Below are positions 1 through 8,319 of a stretch of DNA of 64,000 nt, one piece after another. The notes below the pieces were generated by a model that ran no database searches, was not told where the DNA came from, and saw only the letters and a list, made by a program, of their open reading frames with translations. The DNA comes from Candidatus Calditenuis fumarioli (GTDB lineage: Archaea; Thermoproteota; Nitrososphaeria_A; Caldarchaeales; Calditenuaceae), in the NCBI GenBank assembly GCA_030059665.1, contig JANVYR010000001.1, forward strand, positions 416,001 to 480,000. Reading direction: 5' to 3'. The translations under genes were made by a program, and so were the position numbers. The stretch's first letter is position 1. Each line of letters begins with the position of its first letter.

Positions 1-114
1 TTTGCGCTCGTGGACCCTGTAGAAGGTCGACTGGACCTCGACCGCGTTGAAGCGCTGGACGTACCTCCTCATCGAGACCGGAAAGCCGCAGCAACCCACC
101 AGGACGCCGCCCAT
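1..114 (-). CDS. DUF72-family protein, N-terminal part (runs off window start)
   Basis: Manual translation MGGVLVGCCGFPVSMRRYVQRFNAVEVQSTFYRVHERK resembles the DUF72 N-terminus (GxxGF...F..VEV.STFY). ATG lies 4 nt after the stop of the upstream HTH gene. Confidence 0.75.
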   Translation of the reverse strand, partial: MGGVLVGCCGFPVSMRRYVQRFNAVEVQSTFYRVHERK

Positions 115-117
115 GGC

Positions 118-852
118 TCACCGCACCAGCGACCTGAGCGACTTGATCATGGACTCCACCGAGTCGGCCGTCGAGAGGATTAGCGGGATCCGCTCGATCT
201 CGCTGAGCCTCTTCGCCAGCTCGTCGACCGAGTCGGGCGTCTTGGGCCCGTGAAGCACCACAACCTTAGGCTTGAGGGGGAAGACGCGTATCGCGACCAT
301 GGGTGACCTGCCGGTGGAGACGTTGGTGAAGACCATCGCCCTCATCGAGTTCCGCCCGAAGAGGTTGACGAAGTCGTACGGCCCCAGCTCCGTTATCGCG
401 GAGAGGCTGTCGATCACCGTGTAACCGTAGACGTGCCCCGATATCTCCTCCGGGACCGTGAGCGGGATCCCGAGGACCGCGGAGACAACCTTCTCTGTCT
501 CTACCGGCGCGGGGAACTCCACCATGTCGATGACCGAGTGCTGGAGCCTCAGCGTCCCCTCGAACATCTTGTGGACCACTTTCCCACCGCGTTTGATGTC
601 CAGCTCGATCAGGCTCCTGACGTATCGCCCGACGAAGTTGATCCCCGGAGACCTCCTCTTCCCCTTCTCGTAGTCGCTCAGGACCGGTGAGGATATGCCC
701 ATCGCTGCAGCCACGTCCTTCTGCGTCAGCCCGAAGATCAGCCTCCACTTCCTCATGGTCTTGCCAGGATCGGTCGAGAAGACGATCTCGGCCGCTATCT
801 TGTAGGCGACCTGGTTCACCAGCCAGTCGTCCGCCACCCTCCGCATAGCCAC
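118..852 (-). CDS. XRE-type HTH transcriptional regulator, archaeal COG1709-like
   Basis: N-terminal HTH (LTQKDVAAAMGISSPVLSDYEKG) plus a C-terminal alpha/beta domain with RSPMVAIRV. Confidence 0.8.
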   Translation of the reverse strand: MAMRRVADDWLVNQVAYKIAAEIVFSTDPGKTMRKWRLIFGLTQKDVAAAMGISSPVLSDYEKGKRRSPGINFVGRYVRSLIELDIKRGGKVVHKMFEGTLRLQHSVIDMVEFPAPVETEKVVSAVLGIPLTVPEEISGHVYGYTVIDSLSAITELGPYDFVNLFGRNSMRAMVFTNVSTGRSPMVAIRVFPLKPKVVVLHGPKTPDSVDELAKRLSEIERIPLILSTADSVESMIKSLRSLVR

Positions 853-874
853 GCCCCCGAATTTAGCCCAATGG

Positions 875-880
875 TTAATA
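875..880 (+). promoter_or_regulatory. TATA box of purP pair
   Basis: TTAATA 29 nt upstream of ATG 904 in a GC-rich background. Confidence 0.5.
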
Positions 881-903
881 AGGGATGCGCTGAAGATAGC
901 CGG

Positions 904-1926
904 ATGAATTACGGGAATGGTCTAGGGATGGCTGTTTTCGCGAGCCACAGCGCGCTCCAGCTCGTCCTCGGCGGCGAGGCGCAGGGCGTTCGGGTAGCTC
1001 TCTTCGGCCCCCAGCAGAGCCTGAGGCTGTACCGGCGCTTTCCGGGGATCGGGTGCGAGCTGATCGAGTACTCCGGGCCCGAAACGCTGGAGCGTCTCGC
1101 CGAGCGCGGCTACGTCCTGGTCCCTAACGGGTCGGTGGTGGAGTACGTCGGGCCGGAAACGCTTGCCAGGTCGAGCGTCAGGGTCTTCGGGTCGAGGGAG
1201 CTGCTGAGGGCCGAGGCGAGCCAGAGCCGGAAGATGGAGCTCCTGAGAAGCGCGGGCATCCCGACTCCGAGGACTTACTCTTCTCCGGACGAGATCGATG
1301 GTCCGGTCATCGTCAAGTTCCCCGGAGCCAAGGGCGGCAAGGGATACGAGGTCACCGAGGACCCCGAGAAGGTGAGGGAGCTGCTCCATTGGGCCGTCGA
1401 GAAAAGGCTCGCAGGGAGTCCGGATGAGGTGATGGTTCAGGAGTACCTGATCGGCACCACCCTCTACGCGCACTACTTCCACTCGCCGATCCACGACAGG
1501 ACCGAGATCACCGGCTTCGACATCAGGTACGAGTCCGACGTCGACGGGCTGAGGCGTGCGCCTGTTGACGTGGCCTCGCGTTACTCGCCGACCTTCACCG
1601 TCGTCGGTAACCTTCCGGTCTTCCCGAGGGAGAGGCTGCTGGAGACGTTCCTCGAATACGGGGAGCGCTTCGTCAGCGCGGTGAAGCGAGAGCTCGGAGG
1701 GAAGTTCGCGGGGCCCTTCTGCCTCGAGTGCGTCGTGGACAGGGACCTGAACGTCCTCGCGTTCGAGTTCTCCGGCCGGATCGTCGCGGGCACCAACGTC
1801 TACCTCGTCCACGGAAGCCCGTACCTCGCCCTTTACTTCGGGAGGCCCATGACCGTCGGCGAGAGGGTTGCGCTCGAGCTGAGGGAGGCCCAGGAACGGG
1901 GGGCCCTCGAGGAGGTGCTGACCTGA
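904..1926 (+). CDS. purP: PurP-family ATP-grasp (FAICAR synthetase-type) ligase, copy 1
   Basis: ASHSALQ, VKFPGAKGGKGY, YESDVDG and FEFSGRIVAGTN motifs. Start chosen from TATA spacing (ORF track start 871). Confidence 0.85.
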   Translation: MNYGNGLGMAVFASHSALQLVLGGEAQGVRVALFGPQQSLRLYRRFPGIGCELIEYSGPETLERLAERGYVLVPNGSVVEYVGPETLARSSVRVFGSRELLRAEASQSRKMELLRSAGIPTPRTYSSPDEIDGPVIVKFPGAKGGKGYEVTEDPEKVRELLHWAVEKRLAGSPDEVMVQEYLIGTTLYAHYFHSPIHDRTEITGFDIRYESDVDGLRRAPVDVASRYSPTFTVVGNLPVFPRERLLETFLEYGERFVSAVKRELGGKFAGPFCLECVVDRDLNVLAFEFSGRIVAGTNVYLVHGSPYLALYFGRPMTVGERVALELREAQERGALEEVLT

Positions 1927-1965
1927 GGTTACCGCTTTACCCCAGCGCTGCCGCACTTGACTGCG

Positions 1966-3024
1966 ATGAGGGCGGACTCGGTGGCGTGCGTCGCATCCCA
2001 TTCGGCCCTTGACGTCTTCGACGGGGCGAAGGACGAGGGCTTCGCGACCGTCGCTCTATGCAGGCTGGGCAGGGACGCGATCTACAGGGCTCTGCCCGAA
2101 CTCATAGACCACTACATCGACCTGAAGGATTACCGCGAGATGCTCGACCAACGGGTTCAGGGGAGGCTCCGAGAGCTGGGGAGCGTGGTGGTCCCCAACA
2201 GGAGCATGGCCGTATACGTGGGGTACGAGGGGATAGAGAGGCACCTATCGGTTCCGGTCTTCGGGAACAGGATGATGCTCAGGTGGGAGGAGAGGACCGG
2301 CGAGAAGAACTACTACAGGCTCCTCGATGAGGCGGGCGTCAGGAGGCCCAGGACCTTCCGGGACGTGGACGAGGTCGACAGGCCAGTTATGCTTAAGGTG
2401 CAGGAGGCCGAGCGGACCCAGGAGCGTGCCTTCATCATAGCGACCGATGCGGAGGACCTGAAGCGCAAGGTCCGGAGGGCCCTCGAAACGGGCACCATCA
2501 GCGAGGGGACGCTGAAAGCTGCGGTGATCGAGGAGCTGCTCCTCGGAGCGCACTTCAACGTCAACTTCTTCGCGAGCAGGGTACGGAGGAGGCTCGAGAT
2601 CGTCAGCGTCGACAGGAGGATACAGAGCGACCTCGACGGTTTCCTGAGGCTCACCGCCAGGGAGCAGCTCGAGATCGCAAGGACGCCCTCGATGATCGAG
2701 GTAGGTCACGAGCCCGCAACGCTGAGGGAGAGCCTGCTGAACCAGATCTACGAGATGGGTCAGAGGGTCGTCGAGGCTGCCTCGAGGTTAGAACCGCCGG
2801 GGCTGATCGGGCCCTTCACGCTCCAGCTGATGGTGATGCCGGACCTCTCCGCGGTCGTCTACGACTTCGCACCGAGGATAGGTGGAGGAACCAACGCCCA
2901 CATGGGAACCGGCGGGAACTACTCGAAGCTGTTCCTGAGAAGGGCCGTCTCGATGGGGAGGAGGATCTGCATCGAGCTGAGGGAGGCGAGGGAGCAGGGG
3001 ATGCTCGACGAGGTATTGACGTAG
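1966..3024 (+). CDS. PurP-like ATP-grasp ligase, copy 2
   Basis: ASHSALDVFDGAKDEGF, NRSMAVY, RWEER and RIGGGTN motifs typical of the second PurP cluster. Confidence 0.85.
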   Translation: MRADSVACVASHSALDVFDGAKDEGFATVALCRLGRDAIYRALPELIDHYIDLKDYREMLDQRVQGRLRELGSVVVPNRSMAVYVGYEGIERHLSVPVFGNRMMLRWEERTGEKNYYRLLDEAGVRRPRTFRDVDEVDRPVMLKVQEAERTQERAFIIATDAEDLKRKVRRALETGTISEGTLKAAVIEELLLGAHFNVNFFASRVRRRLEIVSVDRRIQSDLDGFLRLTAREQLEIARTPSMIEVGHEPATLRESLLNQIYEMGQRVVEAASRLEPPGLIGPFTLQLMVMPDLSAVVYDFAPRIGGGTNAHMGTGGNYSKLFLRRAVSMGRRICIELREAREQGMLDEVLT

Positions 3025-3030
3025 CGGCCC

Positions 3031-3396
3031 TCAGAGGAGGGGAAGGGAACCGGTAACCCTGTCAACCATCTCGGACGGCGCTGGTCCTATCCCGAGGGCG
3101 GTCACCGTCCCGGGTTCGAGCTCCGTCAGGCCGGCGTCGGAGACCAGCTCGCACGGGAGCCCGAGGGCCTCGGCCTTTTTCCGCAGTTCCTCAAGCTCCT
3201 CCAGGGACCTCGCCTTCACCACCACCTTCTTCTGGCCCTCGCTGAGCCATCTCTCGACCCAGGCCTGGTGGTAGCGCATGGCCCTGAGCAGCGCCGAGAC
3301 GGAGGCGTGGGCCACCTGGACCGCGGTCTTACCGACGCTCATGCGGAGGTCAACCCTGACAACTATCACCTGCTTGAACCCACGCTCGCCCGTCAA
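3031..3396 (-). CDS. pth2: Peptidyl-tRNA hydrolase, Pth2 type
   Basis: [25 protein letters not shown] and [19 protein letters not shown] motifs. Confidence 0.95.
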   Translation of the reverse strand: MTGERGFKQVIVVRVDLRMSVGKTAVQVAHASVSALLRAMRYHQAWVERWLSEGQKKVVVKARSLEELEELRKKAEALGLPCELVSDAGLTELEPGTVTALGIGPAPSEMVDRVTGSLPLL

Positions 3397-4265
3397 AGGG
3401 AAACCCTCCTGCTGCCGAACGTCGCTGGCTGGTTGTTGACCTTCACCACCCTGGTTTCACCGTAGGATCCCAGCGCCTCCCTCACCTCATCGACATTCTC
3501 CTCGTAGCAGAGCGCCGCGATCGCAGGTCCGGTCCCCGAGATGGAGCATGCCAGGGCCCCCTTCCTCAGAGCAGCGACGGTGACGTCCGTTCCGTAACCC
3601 AGCGCCGCCGAGTGAACGAGGCCGTTGAGCGTCATAGCCCTGATGTAATCTCCCCTCATCGCCAGCTCGAAGGCCACCTCGACGAGACCCCTGATGGGGA
3701 GCAGGTCCTCGCGCCTGAAGGAGGAGGTGAAGGTCCTCCTGCCCTCGGGGACCGAGATCACCGCCATGAGCCTCTCCTCCAGCTCTGACCTCATCAGGAG
3801 GGCCCTCCTCCGGTTGTCGGTCACCACGAAACCCCCGAGCATGCACGCGGAGGCGTCATCGGCAGCTCCCGTGATTGACGTGCCAGAGCGTATCGAGACC
3901 TCCGAGACCAGGTCGAGCAGCTCCCAGTATCGCGGGACCTCGCCGATGGCGTCGAAGAGGGCCAGCGTGACCGCTGAGGCCGCAGCGCTGGAGCTTTTCA
4001 GCCCCACCGCCACCGGTATCTCCGACTCAACCTCGACCCTGCACCCCTTCCCGGAGAGGGCCTTCCTCTCGGCCACCAACTTGAACGCGGTCCTAGCAAC
4101 GGAGTCGTCCGCCTCCTGACCCCTGCACCTGAACGAGAAGACGCCGTCGTCGGTGAGCTCCACGGTCGCCGCCATCCTCAGATCGATCCCTATGGCCGCG
4201 CCCTTCCCGATCGAGATCGCGTTAACCACCGTCACCGCCCCTTTGACCTCCGCCCTTCCTCTCAT
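3393..4265 (-). CDS. aroK: Archaeal shikimate kinase (GHMP family)
   Basis: GAVTVVNAI...[33 protein letters not shown] and SGTGP motifs. Confidence 0.9.
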   Translation of the reverse strand: MRGRAEVKGAVTVVNAISIGKGAAIGIDLRMAATVELTDDGVFSFRCRGQEADDSVARTAFKLVAERKALSGKGCRVEVESEIPVAVGLKSSSAAASAVTLALFDAIGEVPRYWELLDLVSEVSIRSGTSITGAADDASACMLGGFVVTDNRRRALLMRSELEERLMAVISVPEGRRTFTSSFRREDLLPIRGLVEVAFELAMRGDYIRAMTLNGLVHSAALGYGTDVTVAALRKGALACSISGTGPAIAALCYEENVDEVREALGSYGETRVVKVNNQPATFGSRRVSL

Positions 4266-4438
4266 CCGCGGGTACCGCTGCGGGGCAAGATAGGAGCTTT
4301 ATCCCGATGGGCCTATTCGACGTGAAAGCGGGAGTTTGAGGGCTGACGCGTCGTCTCCTCATAGCACTAGGCGAGCCGCCGTCGTGAGCCATCGAGAGGA
4401 ACAGGAAAAAATAGGGCGTTCGCCGGAACCCGAACCGG

Positions 4439-4536
4439 GCCGGGGTCCCATAGCGGCCATTGGGGCGGCCTGGAGAGCTTGCCTGAAAGCCGCTGCCCCG
4501 TTGAGGGGCGCGCGGGTTCGAGTCCCGCCCCCGGCG
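4439..4536 (+). tRNA. tRNA-Ser(GGA) with 12-nt intron (4476-4487) at position 37/38
   Basis: Acceptor stem GCCGGGG/CCCCGGC, 3-bp D stem, anticodon stem GCGGC/GCCGC, long variable arm, T arm GCGGG-TTCGAGT-CCCGC, discriminator G. The 19-nt anticodon loop folds into a relaxed bulge-helix-bulge. Confidence 0.92.
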
Positions 4537-4610
4537 CTTAAACGGTTTCTGACCTCGAGACGCGGTTTCAGTTACAATCATAAATTGAGAGGGAGGAGTC
4601 CGGAACGCGG

Positions 4611-5507
4611 TTGAGCGGCTCAGCGCAGGCCCCATCCACATCGCTGGTCACCGCGGTTAGGACCTACTTCGTCCTCACGAAGCCCAACGTCTGGTGGCTC
4701 CTCGTCTTCACGGGTATCGGCGGTTACTTCGCCGGATCCTCGGGCACCTTCGACCCGATTACGTTCGCCCTGACCGCTGCATCCCTCAGCGCGGCCTGCG
4801 CAGGTGCCGAGACGGTCGCGAACTACCTCGAGCGGGACATCGACGCGGTCATGACCAGAACCAGGAGGAGGCCCCTGCCCTCGGGGAAGATCACTCCACC
4901 GGAGAGGGCCCTGTACTTCGGCCTCCTGCTCACGGCTACGGGCATCGCCCTCTCGTCCCTGATCAACCTCTACGCCCTGGCATTCACGGTCTTCGGGGTT
5001 CTCGACTACGTGGTGGTCTACGTCATGTTGACAAAGAGGAGGACGCCGCTCAACGTGATCCTCGGCAGCTTCTCGGGCGGCGCGCCTGCGCTGATCGGCT
5101 ACACCGCCGCCACCGGCTTCCCGGACGTCTACGGCTGGCTTCTGGCAGCGCTGGTCGTGCTCTGGATACCCTCACACGTCTGGAGCCTGGCGATGAAGTA
5201 CCGCGAGGACTACAGGAGGGCTGGCGTTCCCATGTTGCCCGTCGTGATCGAGGAGCGGAAGGCCATACGGTGCATCGTCTCGACCGTCGTCCTGCTCGTC
5301 GCCTTCTCCCTCGCCCTGCCCATCGCAAAGCCCTCCCTCGGGCCGCTGTACCTCTCCGTTGCCGCACTGCTGGGAGGGGCTCTGCTCTTCCTCAGCATCA
5401 GGACGGCTCTCAGGCCGACCTTCGAGAACTTCTGGAGGCTCTTCAAGTTCACGAGCCCGTACCTTGCGGTGCTGTTCGCGGCGATAGTCCTGGAGGCCCT
5501 TCTGTGA
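4611..5507 (+). CDS. ctaB: Heme o synthase (protoheme IX farnesyltransferase)
   Basis: LTKP, ERDIDAVMTRTRRRPLPSG, KRRTPLN and YREDYRRAGVPMLPV motifs in a polytopic membrane protein. Confidence 0.93.
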   Translation: MSGSAQAPSTSLVTAVRTYFVLTKPNVWWLLVFTGIGGYFAGSSGTFDPITFALTAASLSAACAGAETVANYLERDIDAVMTRTRRRPLPSGKITPPERALYFGLLLTATGIALSSLINLYALAFTVFGVLDYVVVYVMLTKRRTPLNVILGSFSGGAPALIGYTAATGFPDVYGWLLAALVVLWIPSHVWSLAMKYREDYRRAGVPMLPVVIEERKAIRCIVSTVVLLVAFSLALPIAKPSLGPLYLSVAALLGGALLFLSIRTALRPTFENFWRLFKFTSPYLAVLFAAIVLEALL

Positions 5508-5518
5508 CGTAGTCCGGT

Positions 5519-6136
5519 GTGCATAGGGTTTTGAGTTTGGAGGAACCCCATGAGGCGGGCGAGGTGCTCCTGCTGAAGCCGGAGGCTCTGGACGCGCTGG
5601 TCGAGGCAGGTCTCCTGAGGAGGGAGGACGCGGTGAGGAGCATCGGTCTGAGCGTGAACGGCGACGGCTCGGTCGATGCCCAGGTCCTCGAGGCCGATGG
5701 TGAGACATTCCGTGTTGCCGACAGGGTCAGGTCGGGTCTCGAGCTGCCCTTCAGGCCCTCATCGTTCAGGCTCCTATCGGTGACCTACGACGGACGCGAG
5801 GTCAAGAAGCTGAGATCGCTCATGCTCGAGTCCAACCGCATCCTCGTCGAGGGAGGGCTGCTGCTCCTGAAAGCCGGGCTTCAGAGGGACGAGGTTCCCC
5901 GCTTGCTGCTGACCACCGGTTTCGCGTCCACCGATCCGCAGACCGTCGCGGGGTACCACGTGGGCGTCAAGGTCTGGAAGAGCTACGTGAGGAACCGGTG
6001 CCCGAGGTGCGGCAGCGAGCTCACGATCCCCCTGATCCCGGAGGACAGCACCTCCATCAGGATATGGTCCTTTTACTGCAGCAGCTGCGGTTACGTCTGG
6101 AACTCGGAGGAACCGGTGCTCAGGTACTCGTTCTGA
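5519..6136 (+). CDS. Hypothetical protein with C-terminal zinc ribbon
   Basis: CPRCG...CSSCG at the C-terminus; host-like codon usage. Confidence 0.6.
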   Translation: MHRVLSLEEPHEAGEVLLLKPEALDALVEAGLLRREDAVRSIGLSVNGDGSVDAQVLEADGETFRVADRVRSGLELPFRPSSFRLLSVTYDGREVKKLRSLMLESNRILVEGGLLLLKAGLQRDEVPRLLLTTGFASTDPQTVAGYHVGVKVWKSYVRNRCPRCGSELTIPLIPEDSTSIRIWSFYCSSCGYVWNSEEPVLRYSF

Positions 6137-6734
6137 AGCTCGGCTTACCCACTCCAGACGCGAACGCCTCGGTCGAGGGCATCACTATCGTCCCCTCCTC
6201 GGGATTCCCCAGCTCGACGGTCAGCCCGATGTCGTGGAGGTAGGCGATGAGCGCGCAGGTCATCGCGTCGACCTCGTCAACGGTCAGACTACGCTCCACG
6301 CGGAGCCCCAGCCGGGACGCAACGAGATCCGCGACTTTCTTGTCGGGCCTCCGGCCTCTTCCGACCAGACCCATCGTCCTCTGCGCCCCACGAGGGTAGA
6401 CCTCGATGACCCTCAGGCCCTTCTCCCTGAGGGCTGACGCGATCCGGGACCCCCTCTCGGTCAGCAGCCTCATCGGCCCCATCGTCGGCGGCAATATTGG
6501 GACGCCGAGCCTCCTCACCTCCAGGTCGCACCGCCTCAGGCCCCTCCCGGACCTCGGTGACGTCAGCGGCGCGTCGATCGCAACAGCTTCCGGAGCAGAT
6601 CGAAGTACCAGATCCACGAGCTCTTCGTCTGTCAGCACGCTGTGGAACTCGAGGGAGACACCTACCCTCGCAACGCACACCGCGGTGGGCCGCCTCTCGG
6701 TGCCGCTGAGGTCGATGCCGACGTAGACTCTCAC
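6120..6734 (-). CDS. DUF429 / RNase H-fold predicted nuclease
   Basis: VGIDLSG, VAIDAPL, RRCD, IEVYP and DEVDA motifs. Confidence 0.8.
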   Translation of the reverse strand: MRVYVGIDLSGTERRPTAVCVARVGVSLEFHSVLTDEELVDLVLRSAPEAVAIDAPLTSPRSGRGLRRCDLEVRRLGVPILPPTMGPMRLLTERGSRIASALREKGLRVIEVYPRGAQRTMGLVGRGRRPDKKVADLVASRLGLRVERSLTVDEVDAMTCALIAYLHDIGLTVELGNPEEGTIVMPSTEAFASGVGKPSFRTST

Positions 6735-7819
6735 CTGCGCTCCCCGGTTCCAGCTTCTCCCGGAGGTCTCCTCGAGAGCTGGATCAGCTCCTCGACGTGC
6801 TCGGGCCTCTTCGCGCCGACCAGCGTGCAGTCCGAGGCCGACCTGGCGAACTGGATCAGGTGCTGCGCGAGCGTCATGCCGGGCGGTGGCTTGAGGTTGA
6901 CGCGCCTGAGCAGACGGCCCTCCAGCAGGGGGGCGCTGGTAACCACGACGAGCGAGAGCTTCCTCGCGGCCTCGACGGGTGTGAGGAGCTCGCCTTCGAC
7001 CTCCTGGTTCCTCAGGGTCACTGCCTCCGGCATCGCGACGTTCAGCGGCAGCTGGACGAACCTCAGCCCGTGATTCTTACCGCCGACCGAGAGGGCGCAC
7101 TCGACGGCCCTCTGCAGGTCGAGGTGCTCCTCCGCGTCCCTCTCAACCCTGAGGGAGCTCCAGGTCGCGAGCCCGTACCACCCGATCAACCCCTCGGACC
7201 TCAAATCCTCCAGCTTCGCGAAGGCCTCGGTCAATCTGGCGTACGTCGCCTCCCTCCCGAAGACCGGGACCTGATGCTCCATGACGTTGTGGAGGTAAAC
7301 CACGTCCAGCACCTCGAGGTCTGTGTTGGCCCTGCTCTTCCGGACGCTCCACTCCACGTACCTCGGAGAGATGGAGTGGATGCCGCCCGCGACTTCTGAG
7401 GGGCTGACGACGCCGGCCCTGAAGAGCCTCTCCTCGACGTAGTCGATGAAGGACCTCCTCTCCCGCGAGTCGTGCGTCAGGTAACCGGCTTTGGTGCAGA
7501 CCAGAATTGCTCTCCTCTCTGCGATATTGGATTCCACGAGCCTTCGGATAGCCCTCCCGACCGCTGCCTCCGCCCGCATGAACCTGTAGTTGATCGCTGT
7601 GTCGATCACGTTCACCGCACCCGACGAGACGAGCCTGAAGACCGCCTCCTCCACGAGCGAGTCCGTCGCGTCGTCCGGCTCCCCGAGGTAAGTGCCGATT
7701 CCGAGGCTGCTGATAGACCCGATAGGCGTCTCCCTGTAGTGCCCCTCAGCGACACCCATCCCCCTCGCGAGCTCCGCGAAGGCCCTGGAGGACGAGGCCG
7801 TGAAAGCGCCAGGGATCAT
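6731..7819 (-). CDS. Aldo/keto reductase
   Basis: LGIGTY, IDTAINY, VCTKAGY, DVVYLHN and VQLPLN motifs. Confidence 0.88.
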   Translation of the reverse strand: MIPGAFTASSSRAFAELARGMGVAEGHYRETPIGSISSLGIGTYLGEPDDATDSLVEEAVFRLVSSGAVNVIDTAINYRFMRAEAAVGRAIRRLVESNIAERRAILVCTKAGYLTHDSRERRSFIDYVEERLFRAGVVSPSEVAGGIHSISPRYVEWSVRKSRANTDLEVLDVVYLHNVMEHQVPVFGREATYARLTEAFAKLEDLRSEGLIGWYGLATWSSLRVERDAEEHLDLQRAVECALSVGGKNHGLRFVQLPLNVAMPEAVTLRNQEVEGELLTPVEAARKLSLVVVTSAPLLEGRLLRRVNLKPPPGMTLAQHLIQFARSASDCTLVGAKRPEHVEELIQLSRRPPGEAGTGERR

Positions 7820-7904
7820 GCAGGTCGGCTGCGCCTCGATCTCTTTGGGTTTTCGGCCATGAACCCGAGGCTCCTCCGCGAGCCCTCACGGACCACGTGA
7901 TTCC

Positions 7905-8201
7905 TCATAGTAGGGCGTACTCCTCCCTCGTCCAGGGGTCGAGGATCCGGAGCCTGCCGTACTTGGGCCTCACCGCGAGCAGCACCTTGGCGCCGGAGAC
8001 GCGGGATACCTCGCTGAGCTTCTCGAGCTCCTCGTGCGAGGGCCTGTCGTTGTACTTGCACTCGACCAGAACAGCCTGACCGCCCTTGATGCAGACCAGG
8101 TCAACCGGCTTGCTCCCCGCGGCCCTCACCACCAGCCAACCCCTCGAGGCGAAGAGGTCCCTCACCTCGTACTCTAACCTCCTACCCCTTTTGTAGCTCA
8201 T
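7905..8201 (-). CDS. Hjc-like Holliday junction resolvase / PD-(D/E)xK nuclease, copy 1
   Basis: GRRLEYEV...VVRAAGSKPVDLV...LVECK. Confidence 0.8.
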   Translation of the reverse strand: MSYKRGRRLEYEVRDLFASRGWLVVRAAGSKPVDLVCIKGGQAVLVECKYNDRPSHEELEKLSEVSRVSGAKVLLAVRPKYGRLRILDPWTREEYALL

Positions 8202-8319
8202 CCGAGGACCGTTTTCGCCCGGCGGATATCACGTTTTCCCGAAAACCGTTACAGCTGGATCGGCAGGATGCGGTGATCGCGCGGAACGTAAATTGATCGG
8301 AGGCTCCGAACGCTCTGGG

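Noticed and set aside
4510-4530. 21-nt identity (CGCGGGTTCGAGTCCCGCCCC) between tRNA-Ser and tRNA-Cys (58453-58475, minus strand), suggestive of att sites
   Set aside because: Both copies are T arms of complete tRNAs, they are in inverted orientation, no integrase is present, and the DNA between them is housekeeping.
8202-8292. GTTTTC-CC-GAAAAC palindrome between the Hjc-like and spermidine-synthase-like genes
   Set aside because: It is a single short element with no second occurrence to support a regulatory role.
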